A DNA stretch of 63,932 nt, filler included. It is 9 parts of 9 records of this genome, joined end to end, with 100 filler letters (N's around TTAATTAATTAA, not from the genome) between each part and the next. Parts side by side here need not be neighbours in the genome. Positions count along the whole stretch, not along the records: positions 51,841 to 58,814 come from SRR31147125_32277; positions 58,915 to 63,932 come from SRR31147125_33380; 7 more parts are not named here. The stretch is one strand, 5' to 3'. This document shows, piece by piece, positions 53,491-63,870 of this stretch. Position numbers and translations under genes: made by a program. Positions within the stretch are counted from its first letter, which is position 1; every line of letters starts with the position of its first letter. The notes beneath the pieces were generated by a model. It saw nothing but the letters and a program-made list of their open reading frames with translations, had not been told where the DNA came from and ran no database searches.

Positions 53491-53886
53491 TTAACGCTCG
53501 TTTTTCATAGACCGGTCCGGGCCGGCTGCCTGTTTTACACCGAATTTGCAAAACGGCGTGGCTGTGACTTCATCGTCGTCATCCAGATAAAGGGTGCCGC
53601 CGAAATCCAGGGCAAGATCCTCAAAAGTTACGCCGAACAGATCAATGACTTCGTTTTCAACCAGAAATGCGGCAAAGAAGACAGGGGAAATGCTGGGAAT
53701 GGATTCGTTTTTGGCAACCGCCATTCTGAAATGGGTCAGTTCCAGGTCCTTGTCGAAATGGTAGATCAGTTCCAGGTTTGCGTCGTCGATTTCAACACAG
53801 GTAATGGTAACGAAACGGTAGCCCGTGGATTTTAAAGTTTCAATTTTTCCCCTTAGGGTATCCTTGGTGATGGTCAGTGTTTCCAT
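53491..53886 (-). CDS. echD: Ech hydrogenase subunit D (NuoC-like)
   Basis: YRFVTITC, IYHFD, PSIS..F.AAFLVENE..DLFGV.F; position in the operon. Confidence 0.9.
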   Translation of the reverse strand: METLTITKDTLRGKIETLKSTGYRFVTITCVEIDDANLELIYHFDKDLELTHFRMAVAKNESIPSISPVFFAAFLVENEVIDLFGVTFEDLALDFGGTLYLDDDDEVTATPFCKFGVKQAAGPDRSMKNER

Positions 53887-53905
53887 AATTAATCTCTTTT
53901 AAGGT

Positions 53906-54373
53906 CTAACTGGCAATGGGACTGGCTTCGGGAGTGCCGGCCTGCTGAAGTTCGGCAAGCTTGGCAAGGCCTTCAACCACGCCGTCTATAATGGCTTCGG
54001 GCTTGGCAGGGCAGCCGGGTACGTAAACATCCACAGGAATTACTTTGTCAACGCCCCCCACCACATTATAGGCCTCTCTGAAGATCCCGCCGGAGAGCCC
54101 GCAGGCACCGACGGCAATCACGATTTTGGGAGAGGGCATTTGTTCGTAGATTTGGGTGAGCACTTTTCTATTCCGGTTATTAACGGTGCCTGTGACAATG
54201 AGCACATCGGCATGCTTGGGGTTGCCGATGTTCAGGACCCCGAACCGCTCCACATCATAGAGGGGGGTGAGGCAGGCCAGGGTCTCAATGTCGCATCCAT
54301 TGCAGGATCCGCAGTCGTAATGGATGAGCCATGGGGATTTTACCTGGGATTTTTCAATGATTTTTTTCAGCAT
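53906..54373 (-). CDS. echC: Ech hydrogenase small subunit (NuoB-like)
   Basis: SCNGCDIE, NPKHAD, VGACG.SGG.F, VYVPGCP.KPEA. Confidence 0.94.
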   Translation of the reverse strand: MLKKIIEKSQVKSPWLIHYDCGSCNGCDIETLACLTPLYDVERFGVLNIGNPKHADVLIVTGTVNNRNRKVLTQIYEQMPSPKIVIAVGACGLSGGIFREAYNVVGGVDKVIPVDVYVPGCPAKPEAIIDGVVEGLAKLAELQQAGTPEASPIAS

Positions 54374-54388
54374 AGTATATTTCCGATC

Positions 54389-55241
54389 TTAGAATCGTCC
54401 TCCTGAATAAAGCCAGATCAGGTTGATGGCAGAGAGCACAAGTCCTGTGGTCCAGACGGATTTAAGCATCCATCTGAAGGACATCCTGGCCGAGATATTG
54501 TCCACGATGATTTCAGCCAGATAGGTCAGTGCCAGCAATACCGCCATCCCCAGGATGCTCGTGGTCCAGAACAGGGAGCAGAGTCCCAAAATGAGCACGG
54601 TTTCATAAAGATGGGCGATTTCTATCAGGGCCAGCATCCGGCCGGAATATTCCGTGAGTACCCCCCTGACAAGTTCCTGGTGGGCATGGTGGGAGGCGGA
54701 TATGTCAAATGGGGATTTTCTCAGTTTAATGGTCAAGGCATACCCGAACACGATGAAGAGCAGGGGCAGGTTCATGAGCAGGGGTTTGTCCGCGGCATAA
54801 ATGGCAGATATCTTAAAACTGCCGGTGTAAAGATGAATGCCGGCCAGAACGATGATGATCAAGGGTTCATAGGTCAGAATCTGGATCAATTCCCGGTTGG
54901 CCCCGGCCTGGCTGAAGGGGGAGGGGACCAGAAAGGCGCCGATGACCAAAAAAACCGCCCCGACGGCCTGGACAAAGAAAATCAGCAAAAGGTCTGACTG
55001 GGCGAAAAACAGGCCCACGGATACCATGGCGGCAGCCAGGTAGATATAGACGCACAAAGGCTGAAACCTGTGGGCGATCATGGGGGATTTGGCCCAGAGC
55101 TTCAGAATGTCATACATGGGCTGAAGCAGGGGGGCCGGTTCTGTGCTGGAATTTGGCGGTAAGGATGCGGTCTGTTCCGGCAATGAGGATCCCGGCCACA
55201 GGGGCCAGAATCACGCCGAGTATGGCGTATACAAGTATCAT
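54389..55241 (-). CDS. echB: Ech membrane subunit B (NuoH-like; frameshift at 55129-55134)
   Basis: ATG at 55241 overlaps the echA stop (TAATG); DRILTAKFQHRTGP/LLQP.YD..KL; KSPFD...HQELVRG..TEYSG. Confidence 0.9.
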
Positions 55242-57148
55242 TATATGGCTGCTCCTATCATGATGAGAATGAGAATGCCTGCCAGGGCATTTACATACCT
55301 GTTCAGTTTCTGCTCACCGAAAAAGGCCGACAGGTAGTAATTACTCTGTGCACTGCCGGTGATTTTATTCATGGGACCGATATAGGTGCCGTTTTCCTTG
55401 CCGGATATCCCGGACATATAGGGGCGGGCCATCTCCTTATCTGCACCGGCCTTTGATTTGGCCAGGGCGAACAAAAATACACCCACGGCAATGAGGAACA
55501 GGGGAATAACGGCAAAGGAGCCAGAGGCATTGGCCATGACGCCGTTGTCAACGGAGAATGCCCATCCGATGCCATTAAAGTCCGTCAGAATCATCCTGGC
55601 GTAGATGAAGGGGGCTGATATGCTCAGTACAACCGCGGAAATCAAGAGGGTAAATAAGGGGTATTCCGCCAGATGGGGCAGATGTTCGGGCCGGGAGGCT
55701 CCCTTATAGTCGGATCCCATGAGAATGCCGGCCCATCTGGCCCAGTAGACAACAGTCAGGGCGGAACCCAGGGCGAGCATGATCAGAATGACCATATTGC
55801 CTGCGGCAGACTGGATGGCCATCCATTTGCCCAAAAGCATCCCAAAGGGGGGCAGGATCATGGTCAGAATCCCCAGGGTGATGATCATGGCGGTTTTGGG
55901 CATTTCTCCGAACAGGCCGCGCATGTCTTCAATGTCCCGGCTGCCGATATGCTGCTCAATGGATCCCATGCATAAAAAGAGCAGGGCCTTGGATACGGCA
56001 TGGAAGATCACCAGCAGGATGGCAGCGGTGATGGCTCCGTGGGTATTGATGCCGGCACAGGCCAGGATCAGTCCCAGGTTTGATATGGTGGAATAGGCCA
56101 GAACCTTTTTCCCGTTGCTCTGGCCGATGGCCAGGGCAGCGGCGGACAAAAAGGTGAATGCCCCGCATATGGCCACCCCGGTGCTTAAACCGGTACCGTT
56201 AAAGGCCGGAGTAAACCGGATCACCAGGTAGACCCCTGCCTTGACCATGGTGGAGGAATGGAGCAGGGCAGATACGGGGGTCGGTGCCACCATGGCTCCC
56301 AAAAGCCATTTCTGGAAGGGCATCTGTGCCGCCTTGGTAAATCCGGCCACACAGAGCAGCCCCAGGGGGATGAGCAAGGCGCCTGTCCCTTTGATCTGGG
56401 TGATTACCGCCTGGATGTCCAGGGTGTGGAGCCGGGTATAGATCATTACAATGCCCAGGAGCAGTGCCAGCCCCCCCAGGGAATTTATCCACAGGGCTGT
56501 GATGCTGTTTCGTCTGGCCTCTTTGGTCTTGTCGTGCCCGATGAGCAGAAATGAGCAGAGGGTGGTGATCTCAAAGCAGAAATAAAAGAGCATGAGATCA
56601 TTGATCAGCACCAGGCCGTTCATGGCGCCGATAAACAAAAAGAGCAGGGCAAAAAACCGGGGTTGCCGGGTTTTGGTCATGCCCAGGTGATGCTCATGAT
56701 GCGCCATATAGGGCAGGGCGTAAAATACAATCAAGGACCCGGCCACGGAGATCAGCAGCACCATGATCAGGGAAAGGTTGTCGCAGAAAAGTCCGGCTGA
56801 AGCATGGTCGCCGTCGAGTATAATGAACTCGAAAAGGGCGAGCAGGGCGATCTGAGCCAGGGATAAACCGGAAATGATACGGTTTTTGGATTTTATCCCG
56901 AAATAGAGGATCAGACCCAGCAGGAAAAAGTCTGCAAACTGGATAAAGGTTGTAAATTTCACACTGGACATGAATGCCGGGGCGATTTTCGCCGGGGCAG
57001 CCCAAATGAGAAGAACAGAGCTTGTCATCAGGACGATACCTGTCCCCACCACCAGGAGAGATCTTATTGATTTTCCAGGCAGTACCAGACAGGCCAGCGC
57101 GGCCATAACCGGAAACATCGTTAATGATATGAATAAATTTTCAAACAT
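55241..57148 (-). CDS. echA: Ech membrane subunit A (NuoL/MrpA-like antiporter module)
   Basis: FEITTLCSFLLIGH, KAAQMPFQKWLLGAMVAPTPVSALLHSSTMVKAGVY, KKVLAYSTISNLG, FHAVSKALLF. Confidence 0.94.
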   Translation of the reverse strand: MFENLFISLTMFPVMAALACLVLPGKSIRSLLVVGTGIVLMTSSVLLIWAAPAKIAPAFMSSVKFTTFIQFADFFLLGLILYFGIKSKNRIISGLSLAQIALLALFEFIILDGDHASAGLFCDNLSLIMVLLISVAGSLIVFYALPYMAHHEHHLGMTKTRQPRFFALLFLFIGAMNGLVLINDLMLFYFCFEITTLCSFLLIGHDKTKEARRNSITALWINSLGGLALLLGIVMIYTRLHTLDIQAVITQIKGTGALLIPLGLLCVAGFTKAAQMPFQKWLLGAMVAPTPVSALLHSSTMVKAGVYLVIRFTPAFNGTGLSTGVAICGAFTFLSAAALAIGQSNGKKVLAYSTISNLGLILACAGINTHGAITAAILLVIFHAVSKALLFLCMGSIEQHIGSRDIEDMRGLFGEMPKTAMIITLGILTMILPPFGMLLGKWMAIQSAAGNMVILIMLALGSALTVVYWARWAGILMGSDYKGASRPEHLPHLAEYPLFTLLISAVVLSISAPFIYARMILTDFNGIGWAFSVDNGVMANASGSFAVIPLFLIAVGVFLFALAKSKAGADKEMARPYMSGISGKENGTYIGPMNKITGSAQSNYYLSAFFGEQKLNRYVNALAGILILIMIGAAI

Positions 57149-57156
57149 GAAAATGG

Positions 57157-57185
57157 ATCATGGGGAAAGAAAAATTTAAAGTCAA
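57157..57185 (-). promoter_or_regulatory. Sigma70-type promoter immediately upstream of echA
   Basis: TTGACT (57185-57180), 17-nt spacer, CATGAT (57162-57157), then only 8 nt to the ATG. Confidence 0.5.
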
Positions 57186-57794
57186 GGGGAAAAATCGAAA
57201 AATACATAAACAAGCGTTGATTAATAAAATAAATTATGATAATCATTAAGTTTTTCCAGTGAAAAAAAAATTCAAAAATGACATAAAAATTAGTTTATAC
57301 CTTGTTCATTTTAATTTATTATTCGGGTATATTTTCTTTGATTTCGGATACTTGAATGATTTCATCCCGTCCTGGGGCTAAAAAAAACAAAAAGATGATA
57401 TGTAGCTATTTTGAGGTTAAAGGGAATGGGCGGTAAGGGGAATGTCAAGCCTGAATTTTATGGGAAAAAAGTTATTTTCGCCTGACTTAGTTACTAAAAT
57501 TTTGAATTTTTCGAAGGTCTATCTGAACTGTTTTTTACGGGGCGATTTTAAACTGTCGCATGGATTTCGCCTTTTACCCGGGCGGGTTGATACGGCTAAA
57601 GGGATTGAAATTCCGTGAATAGGGACGGGGATGGTGGCAATCGCCTGGCAGAGAAGATGCAGATTGTGCAAGGTTCCGGTGATTGAAACCAAGGTATGGG
57701 GCTGTCTTTGGGGAAGGCGGATGCTTCGGCCCGGTGTGCGCGCTTTGGGGGATCAATGCGGGGTGGCCCATATTCATAGGGTCAGGACCCAATG

Positions 57795-57830
57795 AAAAAA
57801 GGGAGGCACCTTACCAGGTACCTCCCTTTT
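57795..57830. terminator. Rho-independent terminator (bidirectional-type) after the cytochrome c3 gene
   Basis: AAAAAA-GGGAGGCACC-TTACCA-GGTACCTCCC-TTTT; on the minus strand the stem is followed by six U. Confidence 0.8.
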
Positions 57831-57865
57831 ATTAGATAACAGCGGCTGATTAAAGCCAATCAGGG

Positions 57866-58338
57866 CTATTTCTTTTTCATTTTGATATGGCATTTACCGC
57901 AGGATGCAGGTGCGGGGCCTTTCATGCCTTTTTTATCTTTAGGATTCTTCTTTTTGTTGAAGTCCTTGTGGCAGTCAATGCAGCCTCTATGAAGGGCATT
58001 TTCATGGACCATGATGTCCTTTTTATTCTTTTTGTCCTTCTTGAATTTATTGTGGCATTCCGAGCACTTCTGGACATTGTCGCCGGCTTTCAGGTCTTTG
58101 AGGGCCTTGCCGTCTTTGTCGTGGTGGCAGTCGCCGCAACTGATGCCGTATTCTTCGGCATGTTTTTTATGGGTGAATTCAACAAACTTGAACTTGGGGG
58201 GGCTTTCTTCCGTTTTTTATATCCGGGATCGGCCATTTCAAAGGTGTCTTTCACCTCTGTGCCTGCATGGAGACCAGTTGCAGCAAAAATCACAGCAATG
58301 CCTGCAGCCAACAGTAGCGTGATCAATTTTTTGTTCAT
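57866..58338 (-). CDS. Periplasmic tetrahaem cytochrome c3 (frameshift at 58196-58202)
   Basis: Signal peptide ending LHA; the corrected frame gives VEFTHKKH, CGDCHH, CSECH, ALH..CIDCH and CGKCH (four CxxCH), Lys-rich; AAGGAG RBS. Confidence 0.9.
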
Positions 58339-58468
58339 ACCTCTTTGCTCCTTTAAAAGTTATACATTTATCTTGCCTTTGACCGGTGAAACTCACCGGG
58401 TAATACCGCAAATCTATGTTTGTTCTTTAGGCACATGGGCGGGTAAAAGTCAATACCAAACCGCGCTG

Positions 58469-58814
58469 TTAGGCCTTTTCAGCCTCTTCCTCCTCGCCGT
58501 CCTCCTGGGAGATTTCCCCGGATTCATCCCCGGGCGTTTCCTTTTTTCCAAAGATTTTGGCACCCAGGATGCTGATTTCATAGAGAATCATCAGGGGCAG
58601 GGCCATCATGATCTGGGTCACCACATCCGGTGGGGTGATCAGGGCCGCGCCGACAAAAAAGAGAAGCAGGGCATATTTTCTGTTTTTCTTCAGAAATGTC
58701 ACGCTGACCAGTCCCATCCTGGCCATGAAGGTCAGGACCAGGGGGAGTTCAAATACAAATCCGAACGCCAAAAGCATTTTGGATGCAAAGGAGAGGTACT
58801 CCTTCATGGAAGGC
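58469..58814 (-). CDS. tatC: Twin-arginine translocase subunit (5' end truncated)
   Basis: AFGFVFELP, RKYA, ITPPDVVTQ..MA.P..ILYEISI. Confidence 0.93.
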
Positions 58815-58914
58815 NNNNNNNNNNNNNNNNNNNNNNNNNNNNNNNNNNNNNNNNNNNNTTAATTAATTAANNNNNNNNNNNNNNNNNNNNNNNNNNNNNN
58901 NNNNNNNNNNNNNN
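58815..58914. other. Artificial contig linker
   Basis: N-run/TTAATTAATTAA/N-run. Confidence 0.99.
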
Positions 58915-60245
58915 ACATCAACACCGGGAAATAGTTTTCCTCCTGTTTCTATGGGTTCATCGCCAAGACCAGCTTCAATTCCGGTTGAAACGGTAAATGA
59001 TTTGCTGATGTCAACAATCATAACTTCTATCATAATTACAGGTACGATTTTGTCAATTTTGTTAATGAATTGTTCCAATATTTCAACCTTTTGAATTGCC
59101 CCGGAAATTAGTACACTGTTAAGCTCAGGAAATTCAATGAGTTCTAAATCTTCAGTAAGATTAACCGGAATAACCTCTAAAATCTTACTTATTGTACGGT
59201 TCTGTAACTGTATTACCTTCGATTCTTTAAATGTTTCGTTGTTAACAATATCAACAACATATATATTTTCCTTTTTGTAATAGGCAAAATCAGTTGACAT
59301 TAATAGATTTTCAAGAAGCGTTTCGTAGGTAACATTGGTAAGTTGAAAAGATTTTTGTCCTTCTAACTCTCCATTAATGAAATAACTTTTCCCCATCTTA
59401 TCGCTTACCTCTTTTACAACTTCTGTTAAAGGTGCATTTTCTGCAAAAATGGTTAACCTATCATCTCCAATTGCACGCATGTCTAATTTAAACTGATTAT
59501 TGCTGGTCTGCCTTTGATCACGTGTCTGTTGTCCTCTTGCATTCTGACGTTGAGAAGGATTATTGTTTTGCACATTAGCATTGTTGTTAATAGTCAAAGT
59601 TTTTATTTTGCTAAGCACATAAAAGTTATCTTTTGTTTTTTCAACCTTTAAATTATTGGAATACGCCATTTTCTCCAATGCATTGTCAAAAGGCATATTT
59701 TGTATGTAACTATTTACAGCTTCAGTTTCTATTCCTGGCGATAGGATAATATTTTTTCCTGTTTTTTGTGTTATAGCCCTTGTAACATTTATAAGGGGAA
59801 GAGCTTCAAAATCAAAACTCACTGATTGTGTTGCTTCTTCATATTGTATGTTATCAATGGGATTAGACATTCCCATTTCGTTGCCTGTACCATTTATGGT
59901 GATTATCTCACCAATATTGGATATTTCAAGGTTATAGTTTTTTGCTAAAAATAACAGAATGTCAATTACCTTAACATTGCTAAAATTATTAACCACACTT
60001 AACTGAATAGATGGATCAATGTCAATATTAAGTCCTGAATTATTGGCAATACCACGCACTAATTCCTGAATTGATGAATTGGAAACCGATAATGACACCA
60101 CCTCGTTTAAAGCTGGAATCTTATCAACCAACCCACGCAAATATTCTTCTGAATTTCCTGTGTTGTCTTGTGCATACCCATTAATTGATAGCACAAAACA
60201 ATATATAATAATTAATAATTTCTGCATACAAATTCGTTTAACCAT
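58915..60245 (-). CDS. gspD: Secretin (GspD/PilQ-like), N-terminal part (3' end truncated)
   Basis: Signal peptide; repeated STN/N0-like domains; N3 ELNSVLISG...KID; start of the secretin domain PVIMIEVMIVD; follows gspE. Confidence 0.82.
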
Positions 60246-61680
60246 TCATGAGAACAGCATATATTTCATCCAGGCTTGTTTCTCCATTCTGAAAAGCTTC
60301 AAGGGCAGAGTCAGCAAGCGATGCTACATTTTTTTCTTTAAATATTACTTGTGTGTTATCTTCTTCGTTTTTAATTAGCGATGACAAATCATTATCAACG
60401 CGAACCACTTCGTAGATGGCTTTTCTACCCCGGTATCCGGTATAAAAACATTCAGGGCATCCAACGGGAATATATTGGTAGCCTGGAATGTTATTTCGAT
60501 TAACATAATCCTGTATTAATTGTGAATCAAATTCTACTTTTTCTTTACAATGTGGGCATAACACCCGAATTAACCGTTGCGCCACAGAGAGGTTTAACGT
60601 ATCAGCAATTAAGTACGCTGGCACATCCATATCTTTTAACCTGGATATTGTACCCCAGGCAGAATTGGTATGAATGGTAGATAGTACCAAATGACCTGTT
60701 AATGCAGCCCTTACTGCCATCTTTGCTGTTTCATTATCCCTAATCTCACCGAGCATAATAATATCCGGATCCTGCCTTAAAAAAGTCCGCAGGGCGCTGG
60801 CAAACGATAAACCAATATTTTCTTTAAGCTGAACCTGATTAACCCCTTCCAACGTGTATTCTATAGGGTCTTCAATGGTTACAATATTGGTATCCTGATT
60901 ATTTAATAATTTTAATGTCGCGTAAAGGGTTGTTGTTTTTCCCGAACCTGTTGGCCCACTAATTAGAATTATACCATGTGGTTTCTTTACCCCTTCTTTG
61001 TAAAGTTTTACTTGTGGCTCTGTTAATCCCAATTTTTCTATTGATATTTCTGTTGCGTCTTTCTGCAACAATCGCATCACCGCTTTTTCACCGTGCAATG
61101 CCGGCAATGTTGAGACCCTTATGTCTACATTTATCCCTTCGTCCTGGAAAAATATACGACCATCTTGTGGCAATCTTTTTTCTGCAATATCAAGATTGGC
61201 TTTAATCTTAATACGGTTAAGGAATGAGGGATATTCTTCTTTTTGTAAAACATATTTTTCAACAAGCTTCCCATCAATACGAAAACGAACCCTGGCTCTA
61301 TTCTCATAAGGTTCCACATGAATATCACTCGAACCAATGTTGTTGGCTTCAGAGATAATTTTATACAGAATATCATCCGAAGAAATATTCTGTATATTAA
61401 CGGAACGAGAATTTCCATTCTTCGCCTTCCTCCGGTAATAAACAGACAAGTATTTCTGCACCACCTCACCTTCACATTCAATGAGGCTCACATTTTTACC
61501 AAACAATAACTCAAGTTCATCTTTTGTATTTGTTGATGCTTTATCCCTATCAACAAAAAATGTTATTTCTGAATTTGTGTTTTCAACTGGTATTATATGA
61601 TAAAACCATGCCTGCTCTGTTTCCAAAGCCTGCAAAGTTTCTGTTGATATATGTTCTATATTATAGGTTGCCGTATTCAT
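60238..61680 (-). CDS. gspE: GspE/PilB family assembly ATPase
   Basis: SSDIHVEP, RLPQDGR, GPTGSGKTT, LRQDPDIIMLGEIRD, STIHTN, CPHC...CPEC. Confidence 0.94.
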   Translation of the reverse strand: MNTATYNIEHISTETLQALETEQAWFYHIIPVENTNSEITFFVDRDKASTNTKDELELLFGKNVSLIECEGEVVQKYLSVYYRRKAKNGNSRSVNIQNISSDDILYKIISEANNIGSSDIHVEPYENRARVRFRIDGKLVEKYVLQKEEYPSFLNRIKIKANLDIAEKRLPQDGRIFFQDEGINVDIRVSTLPALHGEKAVMRLLQKDATEISIEKLGLTEPQVKLYKEGVKKPHGIILISGPTGSGKTTTLYATLKLLNNQDTNIVTIEDPIEYTLEGVNQVQLKENIGLSFASALRTFLRQDPDIIMLGEIRDNETAKMAVRAALTGHLVLSTIHTNSAWGTISRLKDMDVPAYLIADTLNLSVAQRLIRVLCPHCKEKVEFDSQLIQDYVNRNNIPGYQYIPVGCPECFYTGYRGRKAIYEVVRVDNDLSSLIKNEEDNTQVIFKEKNVASLADSALEAFQNGETSLDEIYAVLMNG

Positions 61681-62173
61681 AAAACAAATGATTGAATTTT
61701 GGTAGATATTGATTGAATAGTATGGTTATAACCATAAATAAACTTATAATACCTGCAAGTGGGATTGTTTTCTTTTCACGAGATGTTAACGAAAAAACCA
61801 GGTAACCTATGAGTATAAAGAATTGAGATAACAAAATAAATATTAAAAATGGAATGGGTCGAAAATAAGGTGTAATAGCAACAAAAAATAATATGTCGCC
61901 AATACCCAATTGGTTATCAAAAAAATCGTTAAGGCTTATTCTTTTCCTTACAACAAAATAGAGGTATGTAAATAGAAAAATGGTTGCTAATACAAGTGAA
62001 TTGATCAAAACATTTTTTAAGAAGGCGATGGTGTTTGCTGCATCATAGGTAGAATAGCAGAGTGTTAAAAATATGATGGGTAAAAACAACCACGATATTG
62101 CCCGTTGTTTTATGTCCTGGTAAACAATAGCTCCGAGAGAGACAAAAAGGATTATTTTAGTTACAATCATCAA
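61661..62173 (-). CDS. Short A24-type prepilin peptidase-like membrane protein
   Basis: YQDIKQR (first Asp), LGIGDILF (GxGD), TIPLAG; no Cys-rich methyltransferase domain. Confidence 0.7.
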   Translation of the reverse strand: MMIVTKIILFVSLGAIVYQDIKQRAISWLFLPIIFLTLCYSTYDAANTIAFLKNVLINSLVLATIFLFTYLYFVVRKRISLNDFFDNQLGIGDILFFVAITPYFRPIPFLIFILLSQFFILIGYLVFSLTSREKKTIPLAGIISLFMVITILFNQYLPKFNHLFYEYGNL

Positions 62174-62565
62174 TCTTTATTTACTTCAAGCAATTTTTTA
62201 TCCTGATCTATTTCCCATGTGTTAAATACACCATCACCATCAAAATCTGCTACCGCAGTTGCTTTTGCTTTAAATGTTGTTGCACTAGCTTCAACAATTT
62301 CAATCAGATAGTTGGCGCTTCCATCCTCAGTAACCAGTTTTTCATGTTCAAATCCAATGGCCTCAAAATCCGTTGAATATTTAGAATGCAAATAGTAATA
62401 ATTCTTTTGTAGCATATGAACATGGTTTAATTGTAACTGAGCTTCTGTACTTTTTGCTTTAGAAATGAGCGGCATTAAGCGGGGTAATGCTAGAAGTACC
62501 AAAATACCGATTATAACCAGTACAATTAAGAGCTCAGGAAGTGTAAATGCTTTAATTTTTTTCAT
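62170..62565 (-). CDS. Type IV pilin/pseudopilin
   Basis: Class III signal MKKIKA|FTLPELLIVLVIIGIL with E5; C-terminal DFDGDG motif. Confidence 0.9.
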   Translation of the reverse strand: MKKIKAFTLPELLIVLVIIGILVLLALPRLMPLISKAKSTEAQLQLNHVHMLQKNYYYLHSKYSTDFEAIGFEHEKLVTEDGSANYLIEIVEASATTFKAKATAVADFDGDGVFNTWEIDQDKKLLEVNKD

Positions 62566-62709
62566 TCTTTATTATTTTTTAACAAAAGCAACTGGAAATA
62601 TTTGGACATTAACGCAAAATTTAGGGTTTTTAAATGCTATACGGTGATTAACTTGAAATGGTTAGCACAAATTGACAAGAGAATAAAATAATTTGTTGAA
62701 AAAAGTATT

Positions 62710-63870
62710 TTACTTGATGAGCAATAGTTTAAAAAAACCAGTGCTTAATTGAAACATGGGGAGGTACATTGAAATAAGAATAACGGCTACCAATCCACCT
62801 ACAAAAACAATTAATGCAGGTTCGAGAAAATTATTAAGCATGTTAACCTCATATTCTGTTTTTGATTGATATTGATTCGATAGTTTTTCAAATATCTCAT
62901 CTAATTTATTTACCTCCTCTCCTGTCTTGATTAACACCATATCGCTTTTTTCGAAAAAGTTTTCTTCTCCCATTGATTCATATAAGGTTGCTCCTTTAAT
63001 CATTTTTTCACGAATTGCCTTCAAACTCTCCTGCAAAGGAGCATATTGTATTACTTCAAGGCAAATATCAATAGAAGAAATAAGTGGTATACCCGAACTT
63101 AACAACAGGTAAAAAGTTTGAAATAGCTTAGAGAGTTGACTGTTTTTAATCAATCTGCCTGCTAATGGCGTTTTTAAAACGATTTGATGAAATGTTTTTA
63201 CAAACCACTTTCTCTTTTTTAGGATATAATACAAACCAATAAAAACTGAGACAGTTAAAAACAATGCCAACAAATACGATTTGTAATTATGCGACAGGGA
63301 TATAATAAACTTTGTTAATGCCGGCAGTTCACTATCAAAACGTTTAAAAACATCGCTAAACATAGGGACAATAAAACCCAGCATAAATGTTACTACCAAT
63401 AGGGTTGTTACAAGTACCAGCAAGGGATATGTCATGGCACTAACAATTTGTTTTTTTAGTTTTATACGTCTACCATAATAATTGTATAACTCTGTAAAAC
63501 TTTTATCGAGTTTACCTATTTCTTCGCCTAATTTAACTGTGTAATATTCATAAGACGAAAACAAGCCTGTTTTTTGTAATGCAATGTGCAGTGAATCACC
63601 TCTTACAATGTAATTGATAATCCCTGTAAATACTTCCTGTTGCCAACCTTTTAAATGACTACAATATAAATCGAGCGAAGATTTTAAGTCGAGCCCGGCA
63701 CCAAATAGAGTTGATAACTCGTGGTATAATTTTTCCTTAAAATTTAAAGAAAACTTTTTCCGCTTTAAACTAATGTCTTTTGATAAAAAGGAAGTTAACG
63801 CAGATGTATCCGTTTTAGCATTCTTCTTTTCGTATGTTCTTTTTTGTATTGCTGCTAAATCGAGGCTCAT
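62710..63870 (-). CDS. gspF: GspF/PilC inner-membrane platform protein
   Basis: ELSTLFGAGL, GEEIGKLD, SAMTYP, IVPMF, GEEVNKLD, LEPALIVFVG..V..ILISMYLPMF. Confidence 0.93.
   Translation of the reverse strand: MSLDLAAIQKRTYEKKNAKTDTSALTSFLSKDISLKRKKFSLNFKEKLYHELSTLFGAGLDLKSSLDLYCSHLKGWQQEVFTGIINYIVRGDSLHIALQKTGLFSSYEYYTVKLGEEIGKLDKSFTELYNYYGRRIKLKKQIVSAMTYPLLVLVTTLLVVTFMLGFIVPMFSDVFKRFDSELPALTKFIISLSHNYKSYLLALFLTVSVFIGLYYILKKRKWFVKTFHQIVLKTPLAGRLIKNSQLSKLFQTFYLLLSSGIPLISSIDICLEVIQYAPLQESLKAIREKMIKGATLYESMGEENFFEKSDMVLIKTGEEVNKLDEIFEKLSNQYQSKTEYEVNMLNNFLEPALIVFVGGLVAVILISMYLPMFQLSTGFFKLLLIK

Noticed and set aside
57887-58870. 327-aa plus-strand ORF
   Set aside because: It is the antisense shadow of cytochrome c3 and tatC and runs into the linker.
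24023-61680. Two gspE genes as a duplicated secretion system
   Set aside because: They are on different contigs with very different composition.
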